Assembly: GCA_964612945.1 (NCBI GenBank)
Contig: CAZTFR010000002.1
Coordinates: 7,497 to 71,496, forward strand
DNA length: 64,000 nucleotides
Direction of reading: 5' to 3'
Origin: an uncultured Thermoplasmatales archaeon
GTDB lineage: Archaea; Thermoplasmatota; E2; DHVEG-1
Shown: positions 18,821-29,232 of the stretch, in pieces
Layout of the letters: every line of letters begins with the position of its first letter
Position numbering within the stretch: the stretch's first letter is position 1
The notes under the pieces: model-generated
What the model was told of the DNA's origin: nothing
Seen by the model: the letters and a program-made list of their open reading frames with translations, nothing else
Database searches by the model: none
Position numbers and translations under genes: made by a program

Positions 18821-19927
18821 ATGAAAGTTGCGATGCTCGGCTGGGAATATCCCCCATTCAAAGTGGGAGGGTTAGGAACTCATTGTTATGGGTTGACTCG
18901 AAGTCTTGCTGATAAAGAGATCCATGTCGATTTTTATATGCCGAAAACCAAGCATCGCGCCAAAAGTGATAATGATCATTTGAAGATTATTGAAGTTGGT
19001 GAAACCGAGATTTTTCCCTATGATAGACCTGAGGATAAAGCGCTTGCGGGTCATTTTTTTGAAAGTGTTCACCGGTATAATGAGCTGCTGGTACAGAGGG
19101 TAAAAGGGACCTATGATATGGTTCATGCCCATGATTGGTTGACCATGGAGGCCGGTGTTGGCATCAGCGAAAAAGTAGGTATTCCTTTGGTGCTCACGGT
19201 GCATTCGACCGAGTATGATCGGTCAGGGTGGTTGCATCCCAATGAATGGTTTATTTCTATGGAACGCCGGGGGATGCAGAAGGCGCAGCGTATCATCGCA
19301 GTCAGTGAGTTTACCAAGCGGGTGATTGTGGAAAAGTATGGGATCAACCCAGATAAGATTTCAGTGGTACATAATGCAGTATATCCGATTGGCCACGGCA
19401 AGAAGAAAAATATTGTACTGTTTCTTGGCAGGCTCACCATTCAGAAAGGTCCTGAGTTTTTTTTGAAAACTGCAAAGAAGGTTCTTGAGTATGAGGATAC
19501 CCATTTTGTGATGGCGGGTATGGGCGATATGCTGCCGCGTTTGATAGATCAAGCCGTTGAGTTGGGAATTGCAAATAGGATTATTTTTACCGGGAAGCTC
19601 ACTGAAGATGAGGTGAAACATATCTATAAGCTATCCAGTGTGTATGTGATGCCATCGGTCAGTGAGCCGTTTGGCATTACCGCGCTTGAAGCAATATCTG
19701 CAGGGACGCCCACGATTGTTTCCAAAACTGCAGGTGTATCTGAGGTATTTCAGAATTGTTTAAAGGTTGATTTTTGGGATACTGATGAGATGGCAAATAA
19801 GATTATTGCGCTGCTTCGGTATCAGCCGTTACATAAGACGATGCAGGAGAATTCGCAAAAGGAGATCGATTTATTTACCTGGGATCGTGTCGCTGATCGG
19901 ACCATTGACGTCTACAAAGAGGTTTAG
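18821..19927 (+). CDS. glycogen synthase-like glycosyltransferase (GT4)
   Basis: WEYPPFKVGGLG, HAHDW, HSTEYDR, GRLTIQKG, EPFGITALEA; in alpha-glucan cluster. Confidence 0.9.
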   Translation: MKVAMLGWEYPPFKVGGLGTHCYGLTRSLADKEIHVDFYMPKTKHRAKSDNDHLKIIEVGETEIFPYDRPEDKALAGHFFESVHRYNELLVQRVKGTYDMVHAHDWLTMEAGVGISEKVGIPLVLTVHSTEYDRSGWLHPNEWFISMERRGMQKAQRIIAVSEFTKRVIVEKYGINPDKISVVHNAVYPIGHGKKKNIVLFLGRLTIQKGPEFFLKTAKKVLEYEDTHFVMAGMGDMLPRLIDQAVELGIANRIIFTGKLTEDEVKHIYKLSSVYVMPSVSEPFGITALEAISAGTPTIVSKTAGVSEVFQNCLKVDFWDTDEMANKIIALLRYQPLHKTMQENSQKEIDLFTWDRVADRTIDVYKEV

Positions 19928-21120
19928 TGGGTATGCCTTCGGTGTGTTGTTATTTTGAGGTTCATCAACCGATGAGATTGAACCGTTTTTCGGTGTTTAA
20001 CATTGGAAAAAAGGATGATGCATTTACTACCTATTTTGATCATAGTTTAAATGAGGAGATTTTTCATAAGGTTGCCACCAAGTGTTATCTTCCTACCAAT
20101 CGGCTTTTACTTGATTTAATCAAAGAAACCCGGGGTGCATTTCGTCTCTCGTTTAGCCTTACCGGGACCTTTGTGGAGTATTGTGAGCGGTTTATGCCTG
20201 AGGTTTTAGACTCTTTTAAGGAGTTGTTTCGCACGGGTGCGGTGGATTTTATTGAGGAAACCTATTATCATTCCTTGTCATCGTTGTACGAACAGCTTGA
20301 TGAATTCGAGGATCAAGTTCGGCTGCACGGTCAGCTGATGAAGGAGCTTTTTAATTATCAACCACGAGTATTTCGAAATACTGAGGCAATTTATGATAAT
20401 CGTATCGCACAGAAAGTGGCAGATCTTGGCTATGAAGGAATTATTACGGAGGGATCCACCAAGATTTTGGATTGGCGATCTCCAAATTATTTGTATAAAC
20501 CAGTGAATGCTGATATTAAGGTATTGATGCGTAATTATAATCTCAGTGATGATGTAGGGTTTCGTTTTTCATCCTGCAACTGGCCGGGATTTCCTTTAAC
20601 TGCTGAAAAGTATGCTTCATGGATGGCACAGAGCACCGGTGATATCATCAATATTTTCATTGATTATGAGACCTTTGGGGAGCATCAATGGACAGAAACC
20701 GGTATCTTTGATTTTCTAAAACGCTTTCCCCATGAAGTACTCAACTATGAACATCTTGATTTTGTTACCGTAAGTGAAGCAGTGGATCGCTTTCAGCCTC
20801 GAGGCGAAATTGATGTGCCCACCGCGATTTCTTGGGCAGATGAAGACCGGGATGTTTCCACCTGGCTTGGAAATGACATGCAGATTGCCTGTTTCAACGA
20901 ACTCAAAGACATCGGACAAAAAATCCGGCAGCAACACCAACCAGAACTTACAAAAATCTGGCGACTCCTGCAGACCTCTGATCATCTCTACTATGTGTCC
21001 ACTAAAGGCTTTGAGGATGGAACCGTGCATGCCTACTTCAGTCCATACGAGGTCCCTTATGAAGGATTTATCAACTACATGAATATTCTTCAGGATCTCA
21101 AACAACGAATATTTTCATAA
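19927..21120 (+). CDS. glycoside hydrolase family 57 alpha-amylase
   Basis: FEVHQP, ETYYHSL, RNTE (nucleophile), LSDDVGFRF, DYETFGEH, SWAD, QTSDHLYY. Confidence 0.92.
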   Translation: MGMPSVCCYFEVHQPMRLNRFSVFNIGKKDDAFTTYFDHSLNEEIFHKVATKCYLPTNRLLLDLIKETRGAFRLSFSLTGTFVEYCERFMPEVLDSFKELFRTGAVDFIEETYYHSLSSLYEQLDEFEDQVRLHGQLMKELFNYQPRVFRNTEAIYDNRIAQKVADLGYEGIITEGSTKILDWRSPNYLYKPVNADIKVLMRNYNLSDDVGFRFSSCNWPGFPLTAEKYASWMAQSTGDIINIFIDYETFGEHQWTETGIFDFLKRFPHEVLNYEHLDFVTVSEAVDRFQPRGEIDVPTAISWADEDRDVSTWLGNDMQIACFNELKDIGQKIRQQHQPELTKIWRLLQTSDHLYYVSTKGFEDGTVHAYFSPYEVPYEGFINYMNILQDLKQRIFS

Positions 21121-21163
21121 ACATAGACTGCATACCCTTTGTTTTGAGGAGAGAGCACACACA

Positions 21164-22441
21164 ATGAAAATTGCACATTTCTCATGGGAATACCCTCCAG
21201 TTTTATATGGCGGTCTGGGAACCTTTGCCATGGAGATGACCCAAAAGCAGGCAGAGCTGGGTCATCACGTCACGGTATTATCCCTAAACGAGGCAAACAA
21301 ATACCCTGTCGAAGAATCCAAACACAATATCAACATCTATCGCCCTCGCATGGTCAACTACAAGGATGTGCTGTCGCTGTGTGTCTCTGAAAATCTACGC
21401 CGCTGGGGTGAACATTTTCAATTCTTCTCCGATGTACTCAGCTATAATTTTCTTGCCGCCGATACCTTTGTCAGCACCTTACTGCAGAAAAAAAGGCAAA
21501 CCTTTGATCTTATTGATGCCCATGACTGGCTCGGCGTCCTCGCAGGAATTGTGGCCAAAAAAGAAACACAGCTTCCTCTCGTCTTTCATATTCATTCCAC
21601 CGAGACCGGACGATCCCTTGGCGGTGGATCTGCAACCATCAAAGACATCGAACAAAAAGGTGGAGAAACCGCCGATTGCATCATCACCGTATCCCATGCC
21701 ATGAAAGAGGAGCTCATTGAGCTCGGATTTCCAAAAGAAAAAATCCAGGTCTGTTGGAACGCAGTCGATCCAGAAAAATACAAACCGGAAACCATCACAC
21801 CTGAAGAAAAAGCACAGCTACGCAAACGCTACGGTGTCGCAGAGCATGAAACCGTCATCTTTTTTGTAGGAAGACTAGTCACCGTCAAAGGCGTAGACAA
21901 ACTCGTCGAGGCTATGCCGGAGATACTCGCAGAATACCCTGAGACGAAACTGGTGATTCTTGGCATCGGTGACATGGAACAAGACCTTCGCATGCATGCA
22001 GCATCAGCAGGGATAGAGGATCATATCATCTTCCGATCTGAATTTGTCTCCGAACACGAACGCATCAGACATTTCGCCTTTGCCGACGTGGTCGTACTCC
22101 CCTCCCTATATGAGCCCTTCGGCATCGTCTGCACCGAAGCGATGGCCATGGCAAAACCCGTCGTCGTCGGCGCACGAGGAACCAACGGCATGCGCGAACA
22201 AATCATCCCCTCAGGAAAAAACCAATGCGGCATACATATCAACCCCTATGATCCCTCGGATATCGCCTGGGGAATCAACCAAATCCTTGCCATTCCTGAC
22301 AAAGGCAAACAGATGGGTCTAAACGCCCGTAAGCGCGTCCTGCAGGAGTTCACCTGGGATATCATCGCCAAAAAAACACTTTCTATCTACCAGCAAACAA
22401 TCAACAAAACAACCCCTATGGTAACCCAGAAGATATCATGA
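21164..22441 (+). CDS. second glycogen synthase-like glycosyltransferase (GT4)
   Basis: WEYPPVLYGGLG, DAHDW, HSTETGR, GRLVTVKG, EPFGIVCTEAM. Confidence 0.9.
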   Translation: MKIAHFSWEYPPVLYGGLGTFAMEMTQKQAELGHHVTVLSLNEANKYPVEESKHNINIYRPRMVNYKDVLSLCVSENLRRWGEHFQFFSDVLSYNFLAADTFVSTLLQKKRQTFDLIDAHDWLGVLAGIVAKKETQLPLVFHIHSTETGRSLGGGSATIKDIEQKGGETADCIITVSHAMKEELIELGFPKEKIQVCWNAVDPEKYKPETITPEEKAQLRKRYGVAEHETVIFFVGRLVTVKGVDKLVEAMPEILAEYPETKLVILGIGDMEQDLRMHAASAGIEDHIIFRSEFVSEHERIRHFAFADVVVLPSLYEPFGIVCTEAMAMAKPVVVGARGTNGMREQIIPSGKNQCGIHINPYDPSDIAWGINQILAIPDKGKQMGLNARKRVLQEFTWDIIAKKTLSIYQQTINKTTPMVTQKIS

Positions 22442-24297
22442 AAGAATGGATTGTAACAAACGGACTCGGCAGCTACGCCTCTCTGACTACGGATCATAAA
22501 AACACCCGAAAATTCCACGGGCTTCTCATCGCAAGCCTGAGACCACCCACACAACGGTGGATGTTTCTCTCCAATCTGTTTGAAACTCTGGTCACAAAAG
22601 AAGCAACCGTTCAGCTTCAACAAACACCCAGTCAGTTCAGCTTTAACCACTTCCCTCGCATCACCTATACCTTGCCCTCATGCACGCTCACCAAAACCGT
22701 TGTCATGCCTCATGATCAGAACACCGTACTTCTCCGCTACGATATCAATACAGACAAACCTGTCACCCTTCTGCTAAAACCAGTGATAAACTCTCGGCAT
22801 TTTTATGATACTACAACACCTGAAGCATTCTCTGTTGATCAACACCACTACAAAAACGGCATCACACTCACCCCCAGCAACATCGATAAAAAACTCCATA
22901 TCACTCTACCTGATGCCACCTATCAACCACATGGTGTATGGATACAGACCTATTATCAAAAAGACCATTATCGAAAAGAAAGCTGTATTGACTTCAACTA
23001 TATCTCCGGAGAATTTCAGAAGCAGATCACCGGTTCTTGCTCCTTTGATCTTCTCTGCACGTTAGAAGATGAAGTTGCTTTACCTGATTCTCTTTTTATA
23101 AATGAACAACAACGAAAAAATACGCTTCTTACCCAGGCAGATCTGCCAAAAGAATGTTCGCCACTGGTTCTTTCATCGGATCGCTTTATTGTGCAAAAAA
23201 ACTCGGGGAAATCCATTATTGCTGGTTATCATTGGTTTGCTGACTGGGGCCGAGACACCCTGATTGCGCTCCCAGGTCTCGCTCTAGTTCCCAAACGTTT
23301 TGGGGATGCAAAACAGATTCTTCATCAGTTCAGCAGCTACAGAAAGCAGGGGCTCATTCCTAATGCCTTTATGGATCGAGATTCAGAACCCGTCTATAAC
23401 ACTGTTGATGCCTCACTATGGTTTATCGATAGAGTCTATCAATATATGAAATATACAAATGACATGGAGACATTGCAGAAGATTTGGCCGGCACTCGCTG
23501 AAATCATCCAGTATTACACGCATGGCACCCTCTATGATATTCATATGGATACTGATTATCTCATATCACATGAAAAAGGACTCACCTGGATGGATGTCAA
23601 ACTTGACGAGTACTACCCTACCCCCCGGGCATACAAAGCAGTAGAAATTCAGGCTCTCTGGTACAATGCACTGCAGATTATGAGCCAGTTTGCCCGCATT
23701 CTTGATAAAGAAGACATCTATCACGAACTTGCTGTACAAGTAAAAGATCACTTTGCCAAGGCCTACGATCAAAATTATGATGTTCTTGATTCGAAAGACT
23801 GCAGCATCCGACCGAATCAAATCTTTTTAGTCTCTCTTGATTTTTCAATGATTCCAGATAGCAGAAAGCAGCAGGTCGTATCAACGGTTCAAAACCATCT
23901 TCTTACGCCCTTTGGTCTTCGTTCACTTGCTCCATCTGATCCAAACTATAAAGGAACCTATCTTGGTCCGTATAACCGTGATGAAGCCTATCATAATGGG
24001 ACGGTGTGGGCCTGGCTTCTTGGACCCTTTGTGACTGCGTATGTGAAAATCCATAAACACACCGCCTCTGCACGAAATGATGCATATGAAGAGTTTCTCC
24101 AGCCGATGTTTCAGATTTTTGGTGATGAGTGGGATGGCAGCATTTATGAAATTTTTGATGGAAATCCGCCATTCATCCCCCGAGGGTGTATCTCTCAAGC
24201 GTGGAGTGTCGCAGAGATCTTACGCTGTTGGGTGGAAGATATTAAAAATATTCGGCCCGAATATGAGGACCTTTTTTTACATAAAATACGCGTTTAA
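22438..24297 (+). CDS. amylo-alpha-1,6-glucosidase (glycogen debranching enzyme)
   Basis: EWIVTNGLGSYAS, IAGYHWFADWGRD, YNTVDASLWF, LTWMD, RPNQ, YHNGTVW, QAWSVAE. Confidence 0.93.
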   Translation: MKEWIVTNGLGSYASLTTDHKNTRKFHGLLIASLRPPTQRWMFLSNLFETLVTKEATVQLQQTPSQFSFNHFPRITYTLPSCTLTKTVVMPHDQNTVLLRYDINTDKPVTLLLKPVINSRHFYDTTTPEAFSVDQHHYKNGITLTPSNIDKKLHITLPDATYQPHGVWIQTYYQKDHYRKESCIDFNYISGEFQKQITGSCSFDLLCTLEDEVALPDSLFINEQQRKNTLLTQADLPKECSPLVLSSDRFIVQKNSGKSIIAGYHWFADWGRDTLIALPGLALVPKRFGDAKQILHQFSSYRKQGLIPNAFMDRDSEPVYNTVDASLWFIDRVYQYMKYTNDMETLQKIWPALAEIIQYYTHGTLYDIHMDTDYLISHEKGLTWMDVKLDEYYPTPRAYKAVEIQALWYNALQIMSQFARILDKEDIYHELAVQVKDHFAKAYDQNYDVLDSKDCSIRPNQIFLVSLDFSMIPDSRKQQVVSTVQNHLLTPFGLRSLAPSDPNYKGTYLGPYNRDEAYHNGTVWAWLLGPFVTAYVKIHKHTASARNDAYEEFLQPMFQIFGDEWDGSIYEIFDGNPPFIPRGCISQAWSVAEILRCWVEDIKNIRPEYEDLFLHKIRV

Positions 24298-25992
24298 AAC
24301 GTATTGCTGTATCATGCGGTTGGTGTTAAAAAATGAGGCATTAATAGCGATGCAGCTGCGCATGGTGCGTATCCAGTTGTCTCGGTCGGTGTAGAATTTT
24401 GGTATGATCCAGTTTTCCAGTTTGTTGTAGAGATCATTCCGATCGATTTCATCATCTGATGCTTCTTCTTGGGTTTTTTCAGGGCCGATGGACCAACCGG
24501 TGATGTTTTCGATGCAGCCTTCAAGCCACCAGCCGTCCAGGGTGCTGAACTGGGGAACACCGTTGTGTGCGGCTTTCATGCCTGATGTTCCTGATGCTTC
24601 ATAGGGACGTCGGGGTGTGTTGAGCCAGAGGTCGACGCCTGAGGTCATAAGTTTTGCAATGGTGATATCGTAGTTGTGGATGTAGGCGATTTTTACGTTG
24701 CCCTTGATGGTTTTCATGGTTTCAAAGATTTTTTTGATGGTTTGTTTTCCTGAGGTATCCTTTGGGTGTGCTTTTCCTGCGTAGATGATTTGTATGGACC
24801 CGACTCGTTCTGCGATTTCTGAGATGCGGTTGGGATCTGAAATTAAAAGATCAGGTCGTTTGTAGGCGGTTTGTCTCCGTGCAAATCCGATAGTGAAATG
24901 ATCGTAGTTCATGCCGACGTTGTAGCGGCTGTTGACAAAGTCAATAAGGTTTTTTTTGGCTTCCATGTGTGCATTCCAGACTTCTTCTTTGTCCATGCTG
25001 AATGCAGATCGGAGGATGTAGGGGTCTGATCGCCAGCCGGGCATATGTTTGTCGAAGAGTCGTTGGAAGGGGTCTGATACCCAGGTGGTGGTGTGGACGC
25101 CGTTGGTGATGGAGTCGATGGAGTAACCGGGGAACATGAGTCGTGAGACTTCGCCGTGTTTTTTTGCAACGCCGTTGACGTAGTGGCTGAAGAAGAGGGC
25201 AAGTCGGGTCATGTTGAGTTTGTTTTCGAAGGTGATTTCATGGATGAGTGATTCGGGGAGGAGTTCGGCGATCATAGGTTTTGCAAAGGAGAGATCAAAT
25301 TGGTCGTGTCCGGCGGCGACAGGTGTGTGAGTGGTGAAGACGCAGCGTTGTCGTACTTGTTCGATGTCTTGGAGTTGTCGGTAGAGTTCGAGTGTCCCAA
25401 GGGCGGCGTGTCCTTCGTTCATGTGGTATTTGTCGATGGTTTCGTAGCCGAGTGCCTGGATTGCGCGTACACCGCCGACGCCGAGGATTATTTCTTGGCT
25501 GAGCCGGTATTTTTGTTCTCCTCCGTAGAGGTGTTTGGTGATTTCTCGGTCTTGTTCGCTATTTTCTTCAAGGTTGGTATCAAGAAAGAAGACGGGAACG
25601 ATGTAGTTGTTGATACCTGTGATGAGGTAGTACCAGATTTGGATGGCAACAGTTCGTCCTTCAATGGTCACATTTGTTTTGGTGGGAAGTAGGGTGAGAA
25701 AGTCGTTGATATTGAAGTTGATGGGTACTTCGATTTGGTTGCCGTCGTTGTCAATTTTTTGGTAGAAGTAGCCTTGTTCGGAGAGCAGGGTCATGCCGAC
25801 GATAGGAATGTTGAGATCGGCACAGGATTTAAGGATGTCTCCGGCAAGAACTCCGAGGCCGCCGCTATAGGTGGGAATGCGTTTGTCAAGGCCGATTTCC
25901 ATGGAGAAATAGGCGATTTTTGGGTGAACGTCCAATGGGGTTTCTTGTACTTGTACGCTTTCTTCTGTTTCTTCAACGGTTTCTGTTTCCAT
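24277..25992 (-). CDS. glgP: alpha-glucan phosphorylase
   Basis: AYFSMEIG, YSGGLGVLAGD, HMNEGH, FTTHTP, TNGVH, ARRQTAYKR, EASGTSGMK (PLP lysine). Confidence 0.95.
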   Translation of the reverse strand: METETVEETEESVQVQETPLDVHPKIAYFSMEIGLDKRIPTYSGGLGVLAGDILKSCADLNIPIVGMTLLSEQGYFYQKIDNDGNQIEVPINFNINDFLTLLPTKTNVTIEGRTVAIQIWYYLITGINNYIVPVFFLDTNLEENSEQDREITKHLYGGEQKYRLSQEIILGVGGVRAIQALGYETIDKYHMNEGHAALGTLELYRQLQDIEQVRQRCVFTTHTPVAAGHDQFDLSFAKPMIAELLPESLIHEITFENKLNMTRLALFFSHYVNGVAKKHGEVSRLMFPGYSIDSITNGVHTTTWVSDPFQRLFDKHMPGWRSDPYILRSAFSMDKEEVWNAHMEAKKNLIDFVNSRYNVGMNYDHFTIGFARRQTAYKRPDLLISDPNRISEIAERVGSIQIIYAGKAHPKDTSGKQTIKKIFETMKTIKGNVKIAYIHNYDITIAKLMTSGVDLWLNTPRRPYEASGTSGMKAAHNGVPQFSTLDGWWLEGCIENITGWSIGPEKTQEEASDDEIDRNDLYNKLENWIIPKFYTDRDNWIRTMRSCIAINASFFNTNRMIQQYVLNAYFM

Positions 25993-26064
25993 AGCTCTCC
26001 TTCCACTACGTCAAGTAATAAGATATTGTTATTAAAAGATTGTAGGTTTGATTCTTTTTTTTTA

Positions 26065-26373
26065 TTAGGAAAACATGGGTCCATCATAGTCTTCTTGGAT
26101 GGGCTTTTTCTTACTTGTTTTGTGTTTTATGAATTTTTTTTGGCGTTTTTTCCCGACAAATCTGATGTCGGATCGTTTCAGTCGGATGTAGATGGTGTCG
26201 GGGAGAGGCTCGAGTTGGACGACTCCGTTGACTTGAAGTTTTTGGAGCACTCGCATGATTGTATCTCTGGAGAGATGAAGGTTTTTTTCAAGATTTGAGA
26301 CGGTAACCGGGTAGGTTTTTTGCATTATTTTGATGATTTGTTCCTCAAGTGTTCCGGTGACAATTTCTATCAT
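26065..26373 (-). CDS. small winged-helix protein, 102 aa
   Basis: Start at MIEIVTGTLEEQII (26373), outside purF; HTH-like VTVSNLEKNLHLSRDTIMRVLQKL followed by a Lys-rich tail. Confidence 0.75.
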   Translation of the reverse strand: MIEIVTGTLEEQIIKIMQKTYPVTVSNLEKNLHLSRDTIMRVLQKLQVNGVVQLEPLPDTIYIRLKRSDIRFVGKKRQKKFIKHKTSKKKPIQEDYDGPMFS

Positions 26374-26398
26374 ATACCAAAACTCGGTTTCTATTTTT

Positions 26399-27829
26399 TT
26401 AGCATTCGTAGGCACGTTGTCCGCGTCGTTGTTTTTCGTAGAATGTGATGACGTCCTGATGCATTTCTTCGGGGTAGCCGGTGGGGAATTGGATGCATCC
26501 TTTGCAGATATCAAAGCCGATGGCCTTTCGGAGTCCCTCGATACTAAGATACGCAAGGGAGTCTGCGCCGATTTCTTTTGCGATATTGTCCCATTTTCTG
26601 ATGTTTCCTTTTGTGTCGCGGGCGATGAATTCTTTTTTGCTTCTCATGTCAATGCCGAGGTAGCAGGGTGCGATGAGGGGTGGACAGCCGATGCGGACGT
26701 GTACTTCTTTTGCACCAGCATCTCGTACTCCTTTGACGAGTTTTCTAATGTTGGTTCCGCGGACGATAGAGTCATCGATAAGAATGACGCGTTTCCCGCC
26801 AAGGACCGACCGGAGAAAGGACAGTCCTTCTTCTACCACTTTATCGCGTTCCTCTTGTGTTTGATGGATAAAGGATCGTTCGTCTTTGTCTTTCATGAGT
26901 CCTTCTTCTTCGGGTATGCCTGATTCTCGTGCGTAGCCGGTGGCGTAGCGTCGCCCTGATTCGGGGACGGGAACGACGATGTCTGCGTCAACGGGGTGTT
27001 CGGCGGCAAGGATACGTCCGATGTCGACGCGGGTGTTGTGTATGGATCGTCCTTTGATGCGGGAGTCGGGTTTTGCGAAGTAGACGTATTCAAACATGCA
27101 GGGTCGTTCTGGTTTTTTGATGAGTTGTTTTTCGAAGATGTTTCCTTCTTGGTCGATGGTGATGACGGATCCACCGGGAATGTCTTTTATGTAGTCGAAG
27201 TTGATTTTTTTAAACACGCGTGTTTCAGAAGTAAGACAGTACATGCCGTCTGATTTTCCAAGAACGAGTGGTCGTATTCTGTAGGGGTCGGTCATGGCAA
27301 ACAGGTAGGGGTGTTCTCCGGAGTCGGTGAGAAAGAGTGCGGAGTAGCTTCCTTTGAGTTTGTGCATGACGACGTCTGCGGCGTTGAGGATGGTGGATTC
27401 GTTGATTTCTTTTTTGTAGAGTTGATCGGCAAGAAGCAGTAGAGGCCATTGGATGTCGCAGCTGGTGCGCGGGGTGCGTTTTGTTTTTTGTGACAGTTCT
27501 TGGCAGTTGTAGATGTTACCGTTGTGTACTCCTGCGAGAAAGGGGTTGACGAGGTATTCAGGTTGGGCGTTTTTTTTCAGTGATTTTTGATCGTCCATCC
27601 CTGCGGTGGAGTAGCGGGTGTGCCCGAGGCCTGCGTTTCCAGGTGTTTCGATGCGATCTCCGCTGTCGAAGACGTCTCGGACGAGGCCGATGTCTTTAGT
27701 GACGTGTATGTTCCCATCGTAGGTGAGTTTTCCAGCAGATGATTGACCACGGTGCTGGATGGAAAAGAGGCTGTGGAAAATAAGACGTGAGACGGGTTGC
27801 CCACCGATAATGCCGACGATACCGCACAT
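26399..27829 (-). CDS. purF: amidophosphoribosyltransferase
   Basis: N-terminal MCGIVG, QHRGQ, GHTRYST, HNGNI, CMFEYVYFA, DDSIVRGT, PCYLGID. Confidence 0.96.
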   Translation of the reverse strand: MCGIVGIIGGQPVSRLIFHSLFSIQHRGQSSAGKLTYDGNIHVTKDIGLVRDVFDSGDRIETPGNAGLGHTRYSTAGMDDQKSLKKNAQPEYLVNPFLAGVHNGNIYNCQELSQKTKRTPRTSCDIQWPLLLLADQLYKKEINESTILNAADVVMHKLKGSYSALFLTDSGEHPYLFAMTDPYRIRPLVLGKSDGMYCLTSETRVFKKINFDYIKDIPGGSVITIDQEGNIFEKQLIKKPERPCMFEYVYFAKPDSRIKGRSIHNTRVDIGRILAAEHPVDADIVVPVPESGRRYATGYARESGIPEEEGLMKDKDERSFIHQTQEERDKVVEEGLSFLRSVLGGKRVILIDDSIVRGTNIRKLVKGVRDAGAKEVHVRIGCPPLIAPCYLGIDMRSKKEFIARDTKGNIRKWDNIAKEIGADSLAYLSIEGLRKAIGFDICKGCIQFPTGYPEEMHQDVITFYEKQRRGQRAYEC

Positions 27830-27894
27830 GGTTGGGCTGCTTAATAGATGATTTATTATTTATAGGTTTGGAGAAGAAAAGTTCTGGTGTTTTC

Positions 27895-29103
27895 TTAGAG
27901 ATATTTTCGTACAGTAAGTGATGCGATATTGAAGTTTCCTGCGGTATCATAGGCGACGACATAGAGTGTTTTTTTATGGTTGGTTAGGATGGGTTGATTC
28001 CAAAGCCAGGTGTAAGGTTCGCTGTAGTCGGACCATTGCAGATTTGGGTTTCCTTCGATGTAGAAATCTACTTTTTCTATAGATGATTGAGTGTCGGTTG
28101 CGGTGGCTTGGATGGTAATTCTTCCAACGATAAGGGTGTGTTGTCTGATGACGAAGGGAAGGATGCGTCTGTCTCTGAGGTAGATGCCGTTTTGTGGTGA
28201 GGTGATGAGCAGGTAGGGTGGAGTGGTGTCTTGTGTTTCATGGGGGCTCATGAGCGGGTATTCATCTTGGTTTATACCGCCGGGGATGTCATAGGGTATG
28301 TCGCCGATGCCGTTGCCATCGGCGTCCAGGCCGGTGTAGTCGTCCCAATAGTTGCCTCTGTTGCGTATGGGATGATCCCAGAGGTTGTGTGCATTGTCAT
28401 AGGCATGGTGTCGGTTGGTAAGAAAGTTGTTTGAGTGGATGTTGTTATGGGAGCAGTCGGTGAGGTGTATTGCGGTGTAGCCGTTGTTTTGTAGGGTGTT
28501 ATTTTTGATGGTGTTTTGGGTGCTGCATGCTTGGAGTTGTATGCCGTTCCAGGTGTTATTTGCAATTGTTGCGTAGGTTATCGTGGTTTGATGTGTGTTG
28601 TGAAATGTGATGCCGTGGTAGTTGTGGTGCATTGTGCAGTGGGTGATCGTGGTATTTGTAGTATGGAGAAGGATGCCGGTGTTAGAGGGATATTGTCCAC
28701 TGTTTTGTATAGTGAAGTTTGCTATGGTACAGTGTGGTGCGAGGACAGTTACAGGGTTATGTGAGTGGTTGGCATCAATGATGGTTGTTGAGGTATCTTC
28801 CCCTGTTATGGTGAGTGTTTTGGTGACGGTGATGTATTCGCGGTAGGTTCCCGAGAAGACGAATATAGCATCGTAGGGGGTGGCGTTGGTGATGGCGTCT
28901 TGGATGTATTGAAAGGGGTGATTGAGGCTTCCATCCCAGGGGCCGACTGTGTTGTCATCGTCAACATAGAGTATACAGCAGGCGGCGTTCTGATGAGAAG
29001 AGAGATGAGAGGGTGTTGCAGAAAGCGGTACGAGAATGCTGCTACCTGCCAAAAAGAGGATCACTGCGAACAGTGTATAAGGGGTATTTTTGAGTGTAAT
29101 CAT
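27895..29103 (-). CDS. secreted right-handed beta-helix (NosD-like) protein with C-terminal Ig-like domain
   Basis: Signal peptide, YVDDDN..GPWDGS..HPFQYIQDAI, parallel beta-helix repeats, GNYWDDY.G.DADGNGIGD.PY, Ig-like tail. Confidence 0.85.
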   Translation of the reverse strand: MITLKNTPYTLFAVILFLAGSSILVPLSATPSHLSSHQNAACCILYVDDDNTVGPWDGSLNHPFQYIQDAITNATPYDAIFVFSGTYREYITVTKTLTITGEDTSTTIIDANHSHNPVTVLAPHCTIANFTIQNSGQYPSNTGILLHTTNTTITHCTMHHNYHGITFHNTHQTTITYATIANNTWNGIQLQACSTQNTIKNNTLQNNGYTAIHLTDCSHNNIHSNNFLTNRHHAYDNAHNLWDHPIRNRGNYWDDYTGLDADGNGIGDIPYDIPGGINQDEYPLMSPHETQDTTPPYLLITSPQNGIYLRDRRILPFVIRQHTLIVGRITIQATATDTQSSIEKVDFYIEGNPNLQWSDYSEPYTWLWNQPILTNHKKTLYVVAYDTAGNFNIASLTVRKYL

Positions 29104-29232
29104 GTGCTTGTTTCTCCTGTTAGTGTTTTTGGGGTGTGTTTCTAAAGGAGGGCAGGTAGTACATATTATGCCACCTATTTAAATATTACTTGGAAAATAT
29201 TAGTGAGAGAGTTTGGGTGCTTTTTTTTTGGG

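Noticed and set aside
18344..18861. Minus-strand ORFs 18344..18682 and 18679..18861
   Set aside because: No recognisable protein features; they overlap a likely promoter and RNA stems.
26374..26556. N-terminal 61 aa of ORF 26065..26556
   Set aside because: Overlaps the purF 3' end; the credible start is ATG at 26373.
24312..29145. Many long antisense or alternate-frame ORFs (e.g. 25300, 25735, 26330, 26893, 28272)
   Set aside because: Shadows of glgP, purF and the NosD-like gene, kept open by the strong local compositional skew; no motifs.
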